Part shown: one piece after another, positions 14,726-24,658 of the stretch
How the letters are laid out: each line of letters begins with the position of its first letter
Position numbering within the stretch: position 1 is the stretch's first letter
IMG/VR virus record: IMGVR_UViG_3300035493_000006
Location: 1 to 43,670 of that record
Reading direction: 5' to 3' (one strand)
Length of the DNA: 43,670 nucleotides
Source of the DNA: a virus
Taxonomy: Duplodnaviria; Caudoviricetes
Notes under the pieces: generated by a model
The model's database searches: none
Seen by the model: only the letters and a program-made list of their open reading frames with translations
What the model was told of the DNA's origin: nothing
Program-made: the position numbers and the translations under genes

Positions 14726-16651
14726 ATGGCGGGACGTTTTAGCGTAGAAGCCGTTTTTAAAGCAGTGGACCGAATGACGGCGCCCATATCCCGGATGCAG
14801 AACCGGGTAGGGCGCTTTACTCGTGCCATGGGCTCGCAATTCGACCGCCTTAACCGGAACGTCGACAAATTCGCCGCAGGCGTTAGACGCGGAGCGCTTG
14901 CCGTTACTGCAGGCCTGGCGCTATCTACTGGCGCTATGGCTAACGTCATAAGCACTGGCGCAGACTTCGAGCAGACGCTCGTATCCGCCGCCGCAAAATT
15001 CCCCGGAGAAATTCGTCGCGGTACCGCCGCGTTCGAGCAGTTAGAATTAGCCGCCCGCCAGACGGGGGCTACTACGGAATTTACCGCCAGCCAAGCGGCT
15101 AGCGCGCTTAACTTCCTGGCTATGGCCGGTTTCGATGCGGAAGCGTCCGTCGCGGCCCTGCCCGGCGTCGTGGACTTAGCGACCGCCGCCCAGGTAGATT
15201 TAGCGACTGCGACCGATATCGCCTCGGATACCCTCGGAGCCTTTGGCCTCGCAACGAAAGACGCCATCCAGTTAGGTATTAACCTGGCGCGGGTTAATGA
15301 CGTTATCGCAAAAACGACCACGACTTCGAATACCACTGTAGAGAAACTTTTCGAGACTATGCGAAAGGCGGGCCCGATAGCTACCCAGGCCGGGGCCTCG
15401 TTAGAGACCGTCGCGGCTATGGCCGGCGTTATGGCTAACGCGGGTATTAAGGCCGAAGTAGCAGGCACCGCGATAGCTAACTCGTTCCTAAACTTATCGA
15501 ACCCCGCCTCGCGGGCTACCCAGGTTATGCGGCGTTTAGGTATCCAGACGCGGGACGCTTCCGGTAACCTTCTGGATATGCCGGATATTATCGATAACAT
15601 TCGTAGCGCAACGGCGGACCTATCCCAGACGCAACGACTAGCGACCATCGAGTCTATATTCGGACGGGAGGGTCTGGCAGGTACTGCGAACGTAATCGCT
15701 AACGGCGGGGACGCCCTACGCGAGTACCGTAAGCAATTAGAAGGCGCTACGGGCGCCGCGTCGAATATGGCCTCCGTTATGCGTGATACGCTGCAGGGGC
15801 GGTTAAACTCGCTTAATTCGGCAGTCGAAGGCGTTAAAATCTCTATTTTTAGTATGACCGAAGGCCCACTCGCCGACGCTATCGAAAAAACGACGGAATG
15901 GGTACGAGCTAACGAGAAACTTATCGCCAGTAATGTAGGCGAGTTCCTGGCCGGCATTATCAATAATTTCGAGAATATCGTTAAATTGGCTAAGCGTATC
16001 GGTATAGGCCTGGCGGTATTCTTTACCCTGGCTACGATACTTAAAACGCTTATTTTGATTATGACCGCCGTTAATCTGGTAATGGCTGCGAACCCGATAA
16101 CCTGGATAGTGTTAGGTATCGTCGCGCTTATCGCTGCTATTGCGGCGGCTATTATCTGGTGGGACGAAATTAAGGCGGCGTTCCTATCGTTACCAGGGCC
16201 AGTTAAGGCGGCTATCGCAGTGCTTACGGGTCCTATCGGCTGGCTTATAGGCGCCGCGTCGCTAATTATGGATAACTGGGAGCCTATTAAGGCCTTCTTC
16301 GGCGACCTATGGGGCGGCGTCGTTAATATCTTTAACGGGGCGCTCGATAAAATTACCGGTATCGTGGATATGGTTAAGGGTAAGGCCCTGGCTATTGTCG
16401 ATACAATATCGAGCTTAGGTAAGGGCGTCGCGGAGTTCTTCGGATTCGGAGGGAGCGACGAGGAAGAAACGAACAGAGGCGCGACCGGTCCGCAGATTGT
16501 AAGCCCGCAGGACCGCGTAGCGCGCAGTATTGAAGAACAGCGCACCACCAGCACCGCCGAAGTTACTATCCGGGACGAGACCGGACGGGCCGAGGTTACA
16601 GGGGGTCAGTTAGGCCCAGGGCTGGCGCTTGCTAATTCGGGGGCCTTCTAA
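14726..16651 (+). CDS. Tail tape measure protein (TP901-type core)
   Basis: GATTEFTASQAASALNFLAMAGF motif, Ala-rich helices and hydrophobic ANPITW segment. Confidence 0.93.
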   Translation: MAGRFSVEAVFKAVDRMTAPISRMQNRVGRFTRAMGSQFDRLNRNVDKFAAGVRRGALAVTAGLALSTGAMANVISTGADFEQTLVSAAAKFPGEIRRGTAAFEQLELAARQTGATTEFTASQAASALNFLAMAGFDAEASVAALPGVVDLATAAQVDLATATDIASDTLGAFGLATKDAIQLGINLARVNDVIAKTTTTSNTTVEKLFETMRKAGPIATQAGASLETVAAMAGVMANAGIKAEVAGTAIANSFLNLSNPASRATQVMRRLGIQTRDASGNLLDMPDIIDNIRSATADLSQTQRLATIESIFGREGLAGTANVIANGGDALREYRKQLEGATGAASNMASVMRDTLQGRLNSLNSAVEGVKISIFSMTEGPLADAIEKTTEWVRANEKLIASNVGEFLAGIINNFENIVKLAKRIGIGLAVFFTLATILKTLILIMTAVNLVMAANPITWIVLGIVALIAAIAAAIIWWDEIKAAFLSLPGPVKAAIAVLTGPIGWLIGAASLIMDNWEPIKAFFGDLWGGVVNIFNGALDKITGIVDMVKGKALAIVDTISSLGKGVAEFFGFGGSDEEETNRGATGPQIVSPQDRVARSIEEQRTTSTAEVTIRDETGRAEVTGGQLGPGLALANSGAF

Positions 16652-17895
16652 TGGCGTGGAATGACAGAATACGCGAGGCGGCCTATACGTCGCCGAGTGG
16701 GGCGCGTACGGTATTCGGATACGAAGACGTAAGCCGCTCGGTAGAAAAGAAAACGACGGGTTTCGAGTTTCCGGACGCCGACGGTACCTACGTCCAGGAC
16801 CTCGGGCACTCCGGCCGGCGCTATCCGCTCCGGGTTATTTTTTGGGGCGAAAATTACGACCAGGAGGCGGACGCTTTCGAGCTTGCATTATTGGAGCGTG
16901 GTACCGGGCGCCTAGAACACCCTATCTACGGTACCGTGGACGTCGTCCCGTTCGGCTCAATAAAACGACGCGACGACCTTAAAACCGCCGCTAACCAGGC
17001 TATCGTAGAGGTTACTTTCTGGGAGACCATAGGGCTAATTTACCCTTCGGCTCAATCGGACCCGGCGAGCGCGGTATTATCTGCAGTCGACGAGTATAAC
17101 GCGGCGGCCTCGCAGCAATTCCAGGATGTTACCAGCTTAGGTACGGCCGTAGAAACTGCGACTTTTAAAGGCGATTACCAGTCGCTATTAGATTCCGCAC
17201 AATCCGGGCTACAGGCCTTAGCAGACGCGCAGGATAACGTACGCCAGCAGTTTAACGCGGTCGTAGACTCAATTAACCAGGGTATCGATATCCTGGTCGC
17301 CCAGCCCCTTACGCTGGCTTTCCAGACTACGCAGTTAATCCAGGCACCGGCCAGGGCACTAACGAACATAGAAGCCCGGCTCGACGCCTACGGTAACTTA
17401 GCGGCCTCGTTAATAAGTGGAGACGGCGCCGTCGTAGAGCCTGGTAACGACTCGCGGGCCTCTAATCAATTCCACGCTAACGACCTTTACGCCAGCTCGT
17501 ACGTAACCGGCTCCGTGGTTTCCGTGGTTAATAACCGGTTTAATACGAAAGTCGAAGCCCTGGAAGCAGCGGACGCTATACTCGCGCAATTCCAGGACGT
17601 TACCGACTGGCGGGACAATAACTTCGAGTCACTGGCCGAGGTCGATACGGGCGAGGCATACCAAAAGCTGCAGGAGGCAGTAGCACTTACGGCCGGTTTC
17701 CTGGTCGAAATATCGTTTACCTTGAAACAGGAGCGCCGTATCGTCATGGACCGGGCGCGTACTATTATCGACCTGGCAGCCGAGCTATACGGGTCGGTAG
17801 ACGACCAACTAGATTTTTTAATTAACTCGAATAGCCTAACAGGCTCCGAGATTCTGGAATTACCGAAGGGGCGCGAAATTGTCTACTACGTATAA
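16651..17895 (+). CDS. Mu gpN-like DNA circularisation / tail-baseplate protein
   Basis: MAWNDRIREAAY, EFPDADGTYVQDLG and GRLEHPIYG are DNA_circ_N-type motifs. Confidence 0.85.
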   Translation: MAWNDRIREAAYTSPSGARTVFGYEDVSRSVEKKTTGFEFPDADGTYVQDLGHSGRRYPLRVIFWGENYDQEADAFELALLERGTGRLEHPIYGTVDVVPFGSIKRRDDLKTAANQAIVEVTFWETIGLIYPSAQSDPASAVLSAVDEYNAAASQQFQDVTSLGTAVETATFKGDYQSLLDSAQSGLQALADAQDNVRQQFNAVVDSINQGIDILVAQPLTLAFQTTQLIQAPARALTNIEARLDAYGNLAASLISGDGAVVEPGNDSRASNQFHANDLYASSYVTGSVVSVVNNRFNTKVEALEAADAILAQFQDVTDWRDNNFESLAEVDTGEAYQKLQEAVALTAGFLVEISFTLKQERRIVMDRARTIIDLAAELYGSVDDQLDFLINSNSLTGSEILELPKGREIVYYV

Positions 17896-19114
17896 CGTAA
17901 TAGCGGGTGATACCTTCGAAAGTATAGCCCGTAAGAAATACGGAACGGAAAAAGAAGCCGGCAGGATATCAAGGTCTAACCCTGGCGTAAATGAGCCGTT
18001 AACGGCAGGGACGATTATAACTATCCCGGCCTTACCGGATGCGCCGGAAAACCTCCCGAGCCAGCTACCAGCTAACCAGGAAGACGAGGTCGCGGTCCTA
18101 ATCAACGGCCAGCGCTTCCGCTTTTGGGATAAGGTACGAATTACCCGGGCTATCGACAGTATGGATACGGTAGAATTCGGGGCACCTTTCGACCATACGG
18201 CGCCGGGCTTCCGCGATACTTTCCGGCCATTCTCATTTAAACCCGTGGCGATAACCGTCGGGGGCGAGCCTCTTTTTACCGGCACTATGGTAGCAGTATC
18301 CCCGACTATCGATAACGGCCGGCGTACCGTAGCCGTAAGCGGCTATTCGCTACCTGGGGTACTTAACGACTGTACGCCGCCGGCGTCGTCGTTCCCATTA
18401 GAATTTAACGGCCAGACTCTTAAGGATATCGCTAGCGCAGTCGCCGAGCCTTTCGGGCTTTCGGTAGACTTTCAGGGCGAGCCAGGCGCCGTATTCGAGC
18501 GGGTGGCTTGCGAACCCGGTAAAAAGGCCCTCGCATTCCTGGCCGAGCTTGCAAAGCAGCGTAATTTAATAATATCCAGTACCGAGCGCGGTAAGCTGCT
18601 TTTCTGGCAGTCAAAGGACGCAGGTAAGCCAGTCGCAAAACTGCAGCAAGGCGTAGCGCCGGTATTATCCGTAACGCCTTTTTTCTCGCCCCAGGAATAC
18701 TATAGCCATATTACCGGCATCGAGCCCGTAATCGTGGGCTTAGAGGGCTCGCAGTACACCGTTAAAAATCCGCGCCTGCAGGGCGTTACCAGGCCTATAA
18801 CATTTAATGCACCGGATACCGAAGGGGCGGACGTTAAGGCCGCAGTAGAGGCGAAAGCGGGCCGTATGTTTGGTAATATGGTCGCCTACTCTATCCGCGT
18901 AGCTACCTGGCGCGACCCGTCCGGTAAGTTATGGGCGCCTAATACCACGATTAAACTAACCGCGCCCGACGCCATGGTCTACGACGAGTACGAATTCGTT
19001 ATCCGTTCGGTCCTATTCGAGCGGGAAAGCGCAGCCGCTACGGCTACCCTGGACCTGGTAATCCCAGGCTCGTTTAACGGAGTTATACCGGAGGCCTTAC
19101 CATGGGGCGATTAG
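17879..19114 (+). CDS. Baseplate hub protein (Mu gpP/gp44-like) with N-terminal LysM domain
   Basis: YNVIAGDTFESIARKKYG...ISRSNPG...LTAGTIITIP LysM pattern; WRDPSGKLWAPN gpP-like motif. Confidence 0.85.
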   Translation: MSTTYNVIAGDTFESIARKKYGTEKEAGRISRSNPGVNEPLTAGTIITIPALPDAPENLPSQLPANQEDEVAVLINGQRFRFWDKVRITRAIDSMDTVEFGAPFDHTAPGFRDTFRPFSFKPVAITVGGEPLFTGTMVAVSPTIDNGRRTVAVSGYSLPGVLNDCTPPASSFPLEFNGQTLKDIASAVAEPFGLSVDFQGEPGAVFERVACEPGKKALAFLAELAKQRNLIISSTERGKLLFWQSKDAGKPVAKLQQGVAPVLSVTPFFSPQEYYSHITGIEPVIVGLEGSQYTVKNPRLQGVTRPITFNAPDTEGADVKAAVEAKAGRMFGNMVAYSIRVATWRDPSGKLWAPNTTIKLTAPDAMVYDEYEFVIRSVLFERESAAATATLDLVIPGSFNGVIPEALPWGD

Positions 19115-19743
19115 CGAAAATTCTATCTTTCGTACGTGCGGAAAGGCGCGGCGCTAAAGTATCGGACGTTAAAGCCGACCCAGGCGGCGGCCCGAACATA
19201 ACAGCGGAACATTTCGCACCGGCCGGGGAAGACGCGCACCCACTGCCCGGCGACTATGTAGCGACGACGCAGGCACCCGGTACCGGGCGAGAAACGGCCG
19301 TCGGATATCTTGACCCGAAGAACGAATCGAAGGCCCAGCCGGGGGAAAAGCGTATCTACGCCCGCGACCCGGATACGGGCGACGTCGTGGTCGAAATATG
19401 GCTTAAGAATGACGGCGAAGCGCTGGTTATAAATGCTAACGGCTCCGTAAAGCTGCGCCCAGACGGCGGCAGCGTGGTTACGACCCCCGAGTCTACTTTC
19501 GACTGCGCGGCGGACGGCTCTATCGCTGGTGCGAATGGGCCCGGCTCATTCGAGCTACAGGCCGGAGGTGACTTTTTAGTAAATGGCGTTACAATAGATA
19601 CTAGCGGAAATATAACCAGCCCGGCGACAATTACGGCCCCTAACGTGGCCGGCAGTACGTCGGTAACTGCGGCAGGCAAAGAACTAGCAGGGCACGTACA
19701 CCCAGCAGGCAGCCCGCCAGGAACGACAGGACCTAACGTATAA
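19102..19743 (+). CDS. Baseplate central spike (Mu gp45 / P2 gpV-like)
   Basis: PLPGD, PGEKRIY and C-terminal HxH (GHVHP) metal-binding tip. Confidence 0.85.
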   Translation: MGRLAKILSFVRAERRGAKVSDVKADPGGGPNITAEHFAPAGEDAHPLPGDYVATTQAPGTGRETAVGYLDPKNESKAQPGEKRIYARDPDTGDVVVEIWLKNDGEALVINANGSVKLRPDGGSVVTTPESTFDCAADGSIAGANGPGSFELQAGGDFLVNGVTIDTSGNITSPATITAPNVAGSTSVTAAGKELAGHVHPAGSPPGTTGPNV

Positions 19744-20189
19744 TGCAGAACCAGCAAGGCGACGTTAAATTATTCCAGACGGACGACGAGGGCGATATTA
19801 CCGTCCGCGACGGTGTGGTCGAAATGGGGGGCGGGCTTGAAACCGCCGCCTATCTTTCGCTATTCGGCGGGAATGAAGACGACGACGGCCTCGCGGATAA
19901 TCCTAAAACCTGGTGGGGTAACCTGGACGAAATCGACCCGGCCAAACAGTACCGCAGCGAAACGCAGAACCTACTACGCGGCATACCGGCGACGTCCGGG
20001 AACCTTCGCAGAGTAGAAGACGCGGCGAGCCGGGACTTAGCCTGGTTCGTATCCGAGCGCGTCGCGTCCTCCGTATCGGTATCGGCAAGTATGCCGGGTA
20101 TAAACAGAATTAAAATTACCGTGGATATCGAGGCGGACGGCATAGAGTCGCGTTTCGAATTCGTAGAAAATTGGAAGGTTAGCGCATGA
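19743..20189 (+). CDS. Baseplate wedge protein, Mu gp46-like
   Basis: LETAAYLSLF...WWG and RDLAW motifs. Confidence 0.8.
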   Translation: MQNQQGDVKLFQTDDEGDITVRDGVVEMGGGLETAAYLSLFGGNEDDDGLADNPKTWWGNLDEIDPAKQYRSETQNLLRGIPATSGNLRRVEDAASRDLAWFVSERVASSVSVSASMPGINRIKITVDIEADGIESRFEFVENWKVSA

Positions 20190-21382
20190 GCTTAACGACA
20201 CCTACGACGAAGGAGATAAGCGATAATATTATCGCCCAGCTCGAAGCGTCGCTTAATCAAAGTATACCACTACTACCAAAAGCATTTTTACGAGTTCTAG
20301 CGCGGTCCCTGGCAGGCGTTTTTGTGCTTTTGTATAAGTACGGCGGCTTTATGTTCCTGCAGATATTCGTACGGACCGCTACTATATCGGAAACCACGGT
20401 TAACGGTCGTAACCTATCCCCCCTTATAGAGTGGGGCCGCTTAATCGGAGTAGGAGACCCGGCGCCCGCCACTAACGCGGAGCTACTTATCTCTATTACC
20501 GTCGAGACTCAGTCGGGGAGCCTACCTTCCGGGTCCCAGTTGGTTAACAGCGATAACGGCGTTACATATATTACGATAGGCTCGGTACTTCTTAACGCGG
20601 CTACCGTCCAGGCTACGGTACGCGCAGTATCAGACCAGGCTGGCGGAGGCGGCGCGGGCGCTATCGGTAATCTGGGACCCGGCGCTACGGTATCCTTCGC
20701 TAACCCGCTCGCTAACGTATCGCGTAACGCCCTCGTGGTTTCCCAGACGGTTACAGGCGCGGACGGGGAGGCTACCGAGGCGTACCGCCAGCGTATTATA
20801 GACCGATTCCAAAAACGCCCCCAGGGCGGCGCGTACGCTGATTACGAGCAATGGGGGGAAGAACCCGCCGGGATTCTAAACGTATACCCGTATACGAGCG
20901 ATTGCCCGGGGCAGGTGGACGTATACGTCGAGGCCACGGAGGCCAGCAGCGGGAGCCCGGACGGGATACCGACCGCCGCGCAGCTACAGGAGGTTTTAGA
21001 CTCTATCGAGCTGGACCAGTCCGGATTAGCGACGCGACGGCCTGCTAATGCCTTGGTTAATGCTTTCCCTATCACTCGTACCGGTTTCGACGTTCGCGTT
21101 ACGGGCTTAACAGTCGCCGACCAGGCGGAAGTAAGAGACCAGATAGAAGAAGCGCTTACCGAATATTTTATAAATAGAGAACCCTATATGGTAGGGCTTG
21201 CAGTCCCGCCGAGAAAGGACCGAATAACGTCTTCTGCCGTGAGCGGCGTTGTGGAGGATATTATTACCGCTAATGGCGGGATTTTCGCTTCGACTTTTGT
21301 ATCTATAACTGGCGTAGACGTAACAGCGTATACCTTGGGTATCGGTGAGAAGGCTAAGTTAAAATCGGTAACTTTCGTATGA
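20186..21382 (+). CDS. Baseplate J-like protein (Mu gp47)
   Basis: GAIGNL and GADGEATEAYRQRI...PQGGAYADYEQW motifs. Confidence 0.9.
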   Translation: MSLTTPTTKEISDNIIAQLEASLNQSIPLLPKAFLRVLARSLAGVFVLLYKYGGFMFLQIFVRTATISETTVNGRNLSPLIEWGRLIGVGDPAPATNAELLISITVETQSGSLPSGSQLVNSDNGVTYITIGSVLLNAATVQATVRAVSDQAGGGGAGAIGNLGPGATVSFANPLANVSRNALVVSQTVTGADGEATEAYRQRIIDRFQKRPQGGAYADYEQWGEEPAGILNVYPYTSDCPGQVDVYVEATEASSGSPDGIPTAAQLQEVLDSIELDQSGLATRRPANALVNAFPITRTGFDVRVTGLTVADQAEVRDQIEEALTEYFINREPYMVGLAVPPRKDRITSSAVSGVVEDIITANGGIFASTFVSITGVDVTAYTLGIGEKAKLKSVTFV

Positions 21383-22200
21383 TATTTTTACGGATATTTA
21401 AACACCTATTACCGCGCGGCCAGGCCTGGCGCGTAACGGTAGATAAAAAGCTCCGCCAATTCTTCGCGGGGCTTTCTGGCGTCGGGGGTGACGTAAAAAC
21501 ATATTTAGACGAAGTTTGGGCAGATATTTTCCCTGAAACTACGCGCGAGCTGATTAAATGGGAGAACCTGTGGGGTCTACAGGACGCCGGATTAACAGAG
21601 CAACAACGGCGCGACCGTTTGGTCGCAGCTTGGAGGGCCTTGGGCGGGCAGTCGCCTAAGTATATACAGGATACGTTACGAGCTAATGGTTTCGACGTAT
21701 ACGTCCATGAATGGTGGGAGCCTGGGGCCGAGCCAGCGCCGGGCGTTAAAATGTGCGTTAGCCCACGTAACCCCCTACTGCAGTTACGCAGGGAGTATAC
21801 TAACGTAGTTCCGGGGCCGTACATACACTGTGGGGAGCTATTGGCACAATGTGGGGAGACTGAGGCACAATGCGGTAATAACTTAGAGCCTGCAGGGTAC
21901 CCACTCGTTAATAAAGTCCTTAAAACAGTCCCAGACGTGCAGCCACTTTGCGGGGAGGCGTTAGCCCAGTGCGGGGAAGAATTACCGCTATGTGGCAACT
22001 ACGTGGGGTTTAGGGACGAGTACCGTAACTATGTCGTTCCGTTGGATATGACTAAATGGCCGTATTTCTTATATATCGGCGGCGAAACTTTCGGAGATAT
22101 CGCCCAGGTAGACCCGAAACGCCGCGACGAATTCGAGCGGCTTTGTCTTAAAATTTGCCCGGCCCAGCAGTGGCTAGGTATACTTGTTGAATACGTATAA
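21379..22200 (+). CDS. Baseplate protein, Mu gp48/YmfQ-like, with Cys-Gly repeats
   Basis: HLLPRGQAW, FPETTRELIKWE and GGQSPKY motifs; two triple-CG clusters. Confidence 0.8.
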   Translation: MIFLRIFKHLLPRGQAWRVTVDKKLRQFFAGLSGVGGDVKTYLDEVWADIFPETTRELIKWENLWGLQDAGLTEQQRRDRLVAAWRALGGQSPKYIQDTLRANGFDVYVHEWWEPGAEPAPGVKMCVSPRNPLLQLRREYTNVVPGPYIHCGELLAQCGETEAQCGNNLEPAGYPLVNKVLKTVPDVQPLCGEALAQCGEELPLCGNYVGFRDEYRNYVVPLDMTKWPYFLYIGGETFGDIAQVDPKRRDEFERLCLKICPAQQWLGILVEYV

Positions 22201-22212
22201 GGAGCCTAGACC

Positions 22213-24123
22213 ATGGCAATAAATCCAGAATCACAATACCCGGGGAAAATCGCCCCGGCCACCAGCGACTATCCTTACGGCGCGGCTCGGAATATCACGG
22301 TTCCAGGCGACGGCACCGGTACGCCCTGGGAAGCGGCCCTGGTTAACGATCTTTTCGGGTGGCAGCAAGCGTTACTGTCGGCTGCGAGCATCGTTCCTAC
22401 CGGGACGCCGGAAAAGGTAGGAGCCTCGCAGTACCTATCGGCAGCAGCTAAACTTTTTGGCCGCGTTCATGCGTCTATTGCTGATATGAAAGCCGACGTA
22501 TACGCCCTGGTCGGCCGTTCTATCTTCGTCATTGGTGTCGGATTCTACACCGTGGCAGCTTCCGGGGCCGGCGTAACTCTTGATAACGGTAATGTGGCGG
22601 TGCCCGCCGGAGTCGTATCTATTCTGCATTTTGAAGCGACGACCGTCAGCGCGGACAACACTACGGAAATACAGGCCGCCATCGATTCAGGGTTCCCGGA
22701 AATTTACGTCCCGGACGGCGTGTTTATTTCCGACACTCTGGCGGGCGAATCGTCGGTCAGACTGTACGGGCCCGGCACCATTAAACGTAAAGCCAGTACT
22801 ACTGGCTTTTTACTCGCTTTCACAGGTAAAAACGGTTTTATCGTAGAAGGAATAACCCTGGACGCAAACAAGGCGGGCGCTGCTGGCGCTTCGTTTTGCT
22901 TGGTAGCACAGACGGGCTGTTACAACTTTAAATTCCGCGACGTTACGGTTATCAACAGCGTTTCGCATGGCATATCGGCACGCGATAATGCAGACGAGGC
23001 TAACGAATCCGCGTCGTTTATTGAGGGGTGCACGGTAGACGCTAGTGACGGGTGCGGCATCGAAATTCAGAACTGCGATAACGTAAACGTATTGGCGAAC
23101 CGCGTATCGAATTCAGGGCGGCACGGTATCTTAGTATACGGGGTCACTGTGGGCGCTTCGAACCGTGTTACCGTTCACGGCAATATCGTAACGAATTCCG
23201 GCGCCAGCGGCATCATTGCACCTTATATTATCTATACTACTACCTACGGCGTTAAGAACATTAAAGTAACAGACAACACCGTTACGGGGTCCGGGGAGAA
23301 CGGTATCGGTGTTCAGTCCAATGGCGGGGTCGTCCAGGGCAACACGTCAGGCGGCAACGGATCGCTGATAAGCCACCAAGGCATATTGATTAATTCCAAT
23401 TATGTTTCGGTCCAGGGGAACGTATCGTCCGGGAATACCGGCGTAGGTATCGACTTCGGGGATTGTAAGTTTAGTTCCTGCACGGGTAACGAGGTTTTCG
23501 ATAACGGCATTATCGGCATTGAGGTTAATAGCTGCGAAGCGACGACCGTTAAAGGTAACGTCGTTCGTAATAACTTTACGAACGTGGCCTCCGGTGTCGC
23601 TTCGAACCTGCGCGCGGGTATTCTGGTCCATAAAGGGGCGGCCTTTTCCGGCGATAGCATCGATACGGTAATCGACGGGAATATCGTACAACAGGGGCCA
23701 GCTCAGGAGTACGGTATTTCAGTCCTGACTAACACACTGCGAACAGTTGTAACCAACAACGTAGCCACGTCGTCGGGGGCGGTCGAGGACATAAATATCG
23801 AGGCCATAGACGGTTCTTTTAAGTGCGTTGACAATATCGACTCTTTCAAAACGTCTATAGCTTCCGCAGCGTCCGTTACAGTAGACCATAACTCCGATTT
23901 TATTATCGTTACCGGCGCGGTCAATATTGACAACATTGTTACCCCGTCAACAACGTACCAACGGGGGAGGGTGTTAACCATATTATTTACCGGGGCTCTA
24001 ACCGTTAACGATGGTACAGGCAACTTGCAGTTGTCGGGTAATTTCGTTGCTACGGCTGCTGATACCTTAACGCTCCGTAGCGAGGCGGGGACGTGGTACG
24101 AACAAAGCAGGAGCGTTAACTAA
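22213..24123 (+). CDS. Tailspike / tail fibre with right-handed parallel beta-helix (putative polysaccharide depolymerase)
   Basis: N-terminal anchor (GDGTGTPW), DNTTEIQAAIDSG..IYVPDG pectate-lyase-like cap, many N-x-V-x-G-N / GI repeats. Confidence 0.88.
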   Translation: MAINPESQYPGKIAPATSDYPYGAARNITVPGDGTGTPWEAALVNDLFGWQQALLSAASIVPTGTPEKVGASQYLSAAAKLFGRVHASIADMKADVYALVGRSIFVIGVGFYTVAASGAGVTLDNGNVAVPAGVVSILHFEATTVSADNTTEIQAAIDSGFPEIYVPDGVFISDTLAGESSVRLYGPGTIKRKASTTGFLLAFTGKNGFIVEGITLDANKAGAAGASFCLVAQTGCYNFKFRDVTVINSVSHGISARDNADEANESASFIEGCTVDASDGCGIEIQNCDNVNVLANRVSNSGRHGILVYGVTVGASNRVTVHGNIVTNSGASGIIAPYIIYTTTYGVKNIKVTDNTVTGSGENGIGVQSNGGVVQGNTSGGNGSLISHQGILINSNYVSVQGNVSSGNTGVGIDFGDCKFSSCTGNEVFDNGIIGIEVNSCEATTVKGNVVRNNFTNVASGVASNLRAGILVHKGAAFSGDSIDTVIDGNIVQQGPAQEYGISVLTNTLRTVVTNNVATSSGAVEDINIEAIDGSFKCVDNIDSFKTSIASAASVTVDHNSDFIIVTGAVNIDNIVTPSTTYQRGRVLTILFTGALTVNDGTGNLQLSGNFVATAADTLTLRSEAGTWYEQSRSVN

Positions 24124-24124
24124 T

Positions 24125-24658
24125 ATGGACCGCGACGCTATTATTAACGAGATTATCCGGGTCGAAGGCGGCTACGTTAACGACTCTAGCGACTCCGGCG
24201 GTGAGACTAACTTTGGGATTACCGAGGCCGTCGCCAGGGCCTACGGGTACGCTGGCGCTATGCGGGATATGCCGCGCGGGGTCGCCTTCGATATCTACGC
24301 GGCGCGATACTGGGATGCGGTCCGAGCGGACGACTTGCTCGCCTTATCCGAGAACGTGGCCTCCGAGGTCGTGGATACCGGCGTTAACATGGGCACCGGC
24401 CGCGCGGGTCGAATCCTGCAGCGGGCGTTAAACGTACTTAACGTGGGCGGCTCGCTCTATCCGGACCTGGTCGTCGACGGCGCTATCGGCCCTATGACTA
24501 TCCAGGCCCTACGCGCGTACCTTGCGGAGCGTAACGAGCTGGTACTATGCCGGGCGCTTAACTGCCTGCAGGGCGCGCACTATATCGAACTGGCCGAACG
24601 CCGCGAGAAGGACGAAAAGTTCGTCTACGGCTGGCTTAAAAATAGGGTGGTACTATGA
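24125..24658 (+). CDS. Endolysin, glycoside hydrolase family 108 with peptidoglycan-binding domain
   Basis: EGGYVND..DSGGETNFGIT, LQRALN, VDGAIGPMT and FVYGWLKNR motifs. Confidence 0.95.
   Translation: MDRDAIINEIIRVEGGYVNDSSDSGGETNFGITEAVARAYGYAGAMRDMPRGVAFDIYAARYWDAVRADDLLALSENVASEVVDTGVNMGTGRAGRILQRALNVLNVGGSLYPDLVVDGAIGPMTIQALRAYLAERNELVLCRALNCLQGAHYIELAERREKDEKFVYGWLKNRVVL

Noticed and set aside
14692-16554. 620-aa antisense ORF, and many other shadow ORFs opposite structural and replication genes
   Set aside because: They lie opposite well-supported genes, have no recognisable motifs or RBS, and are explained by codon bias of the sense gene.
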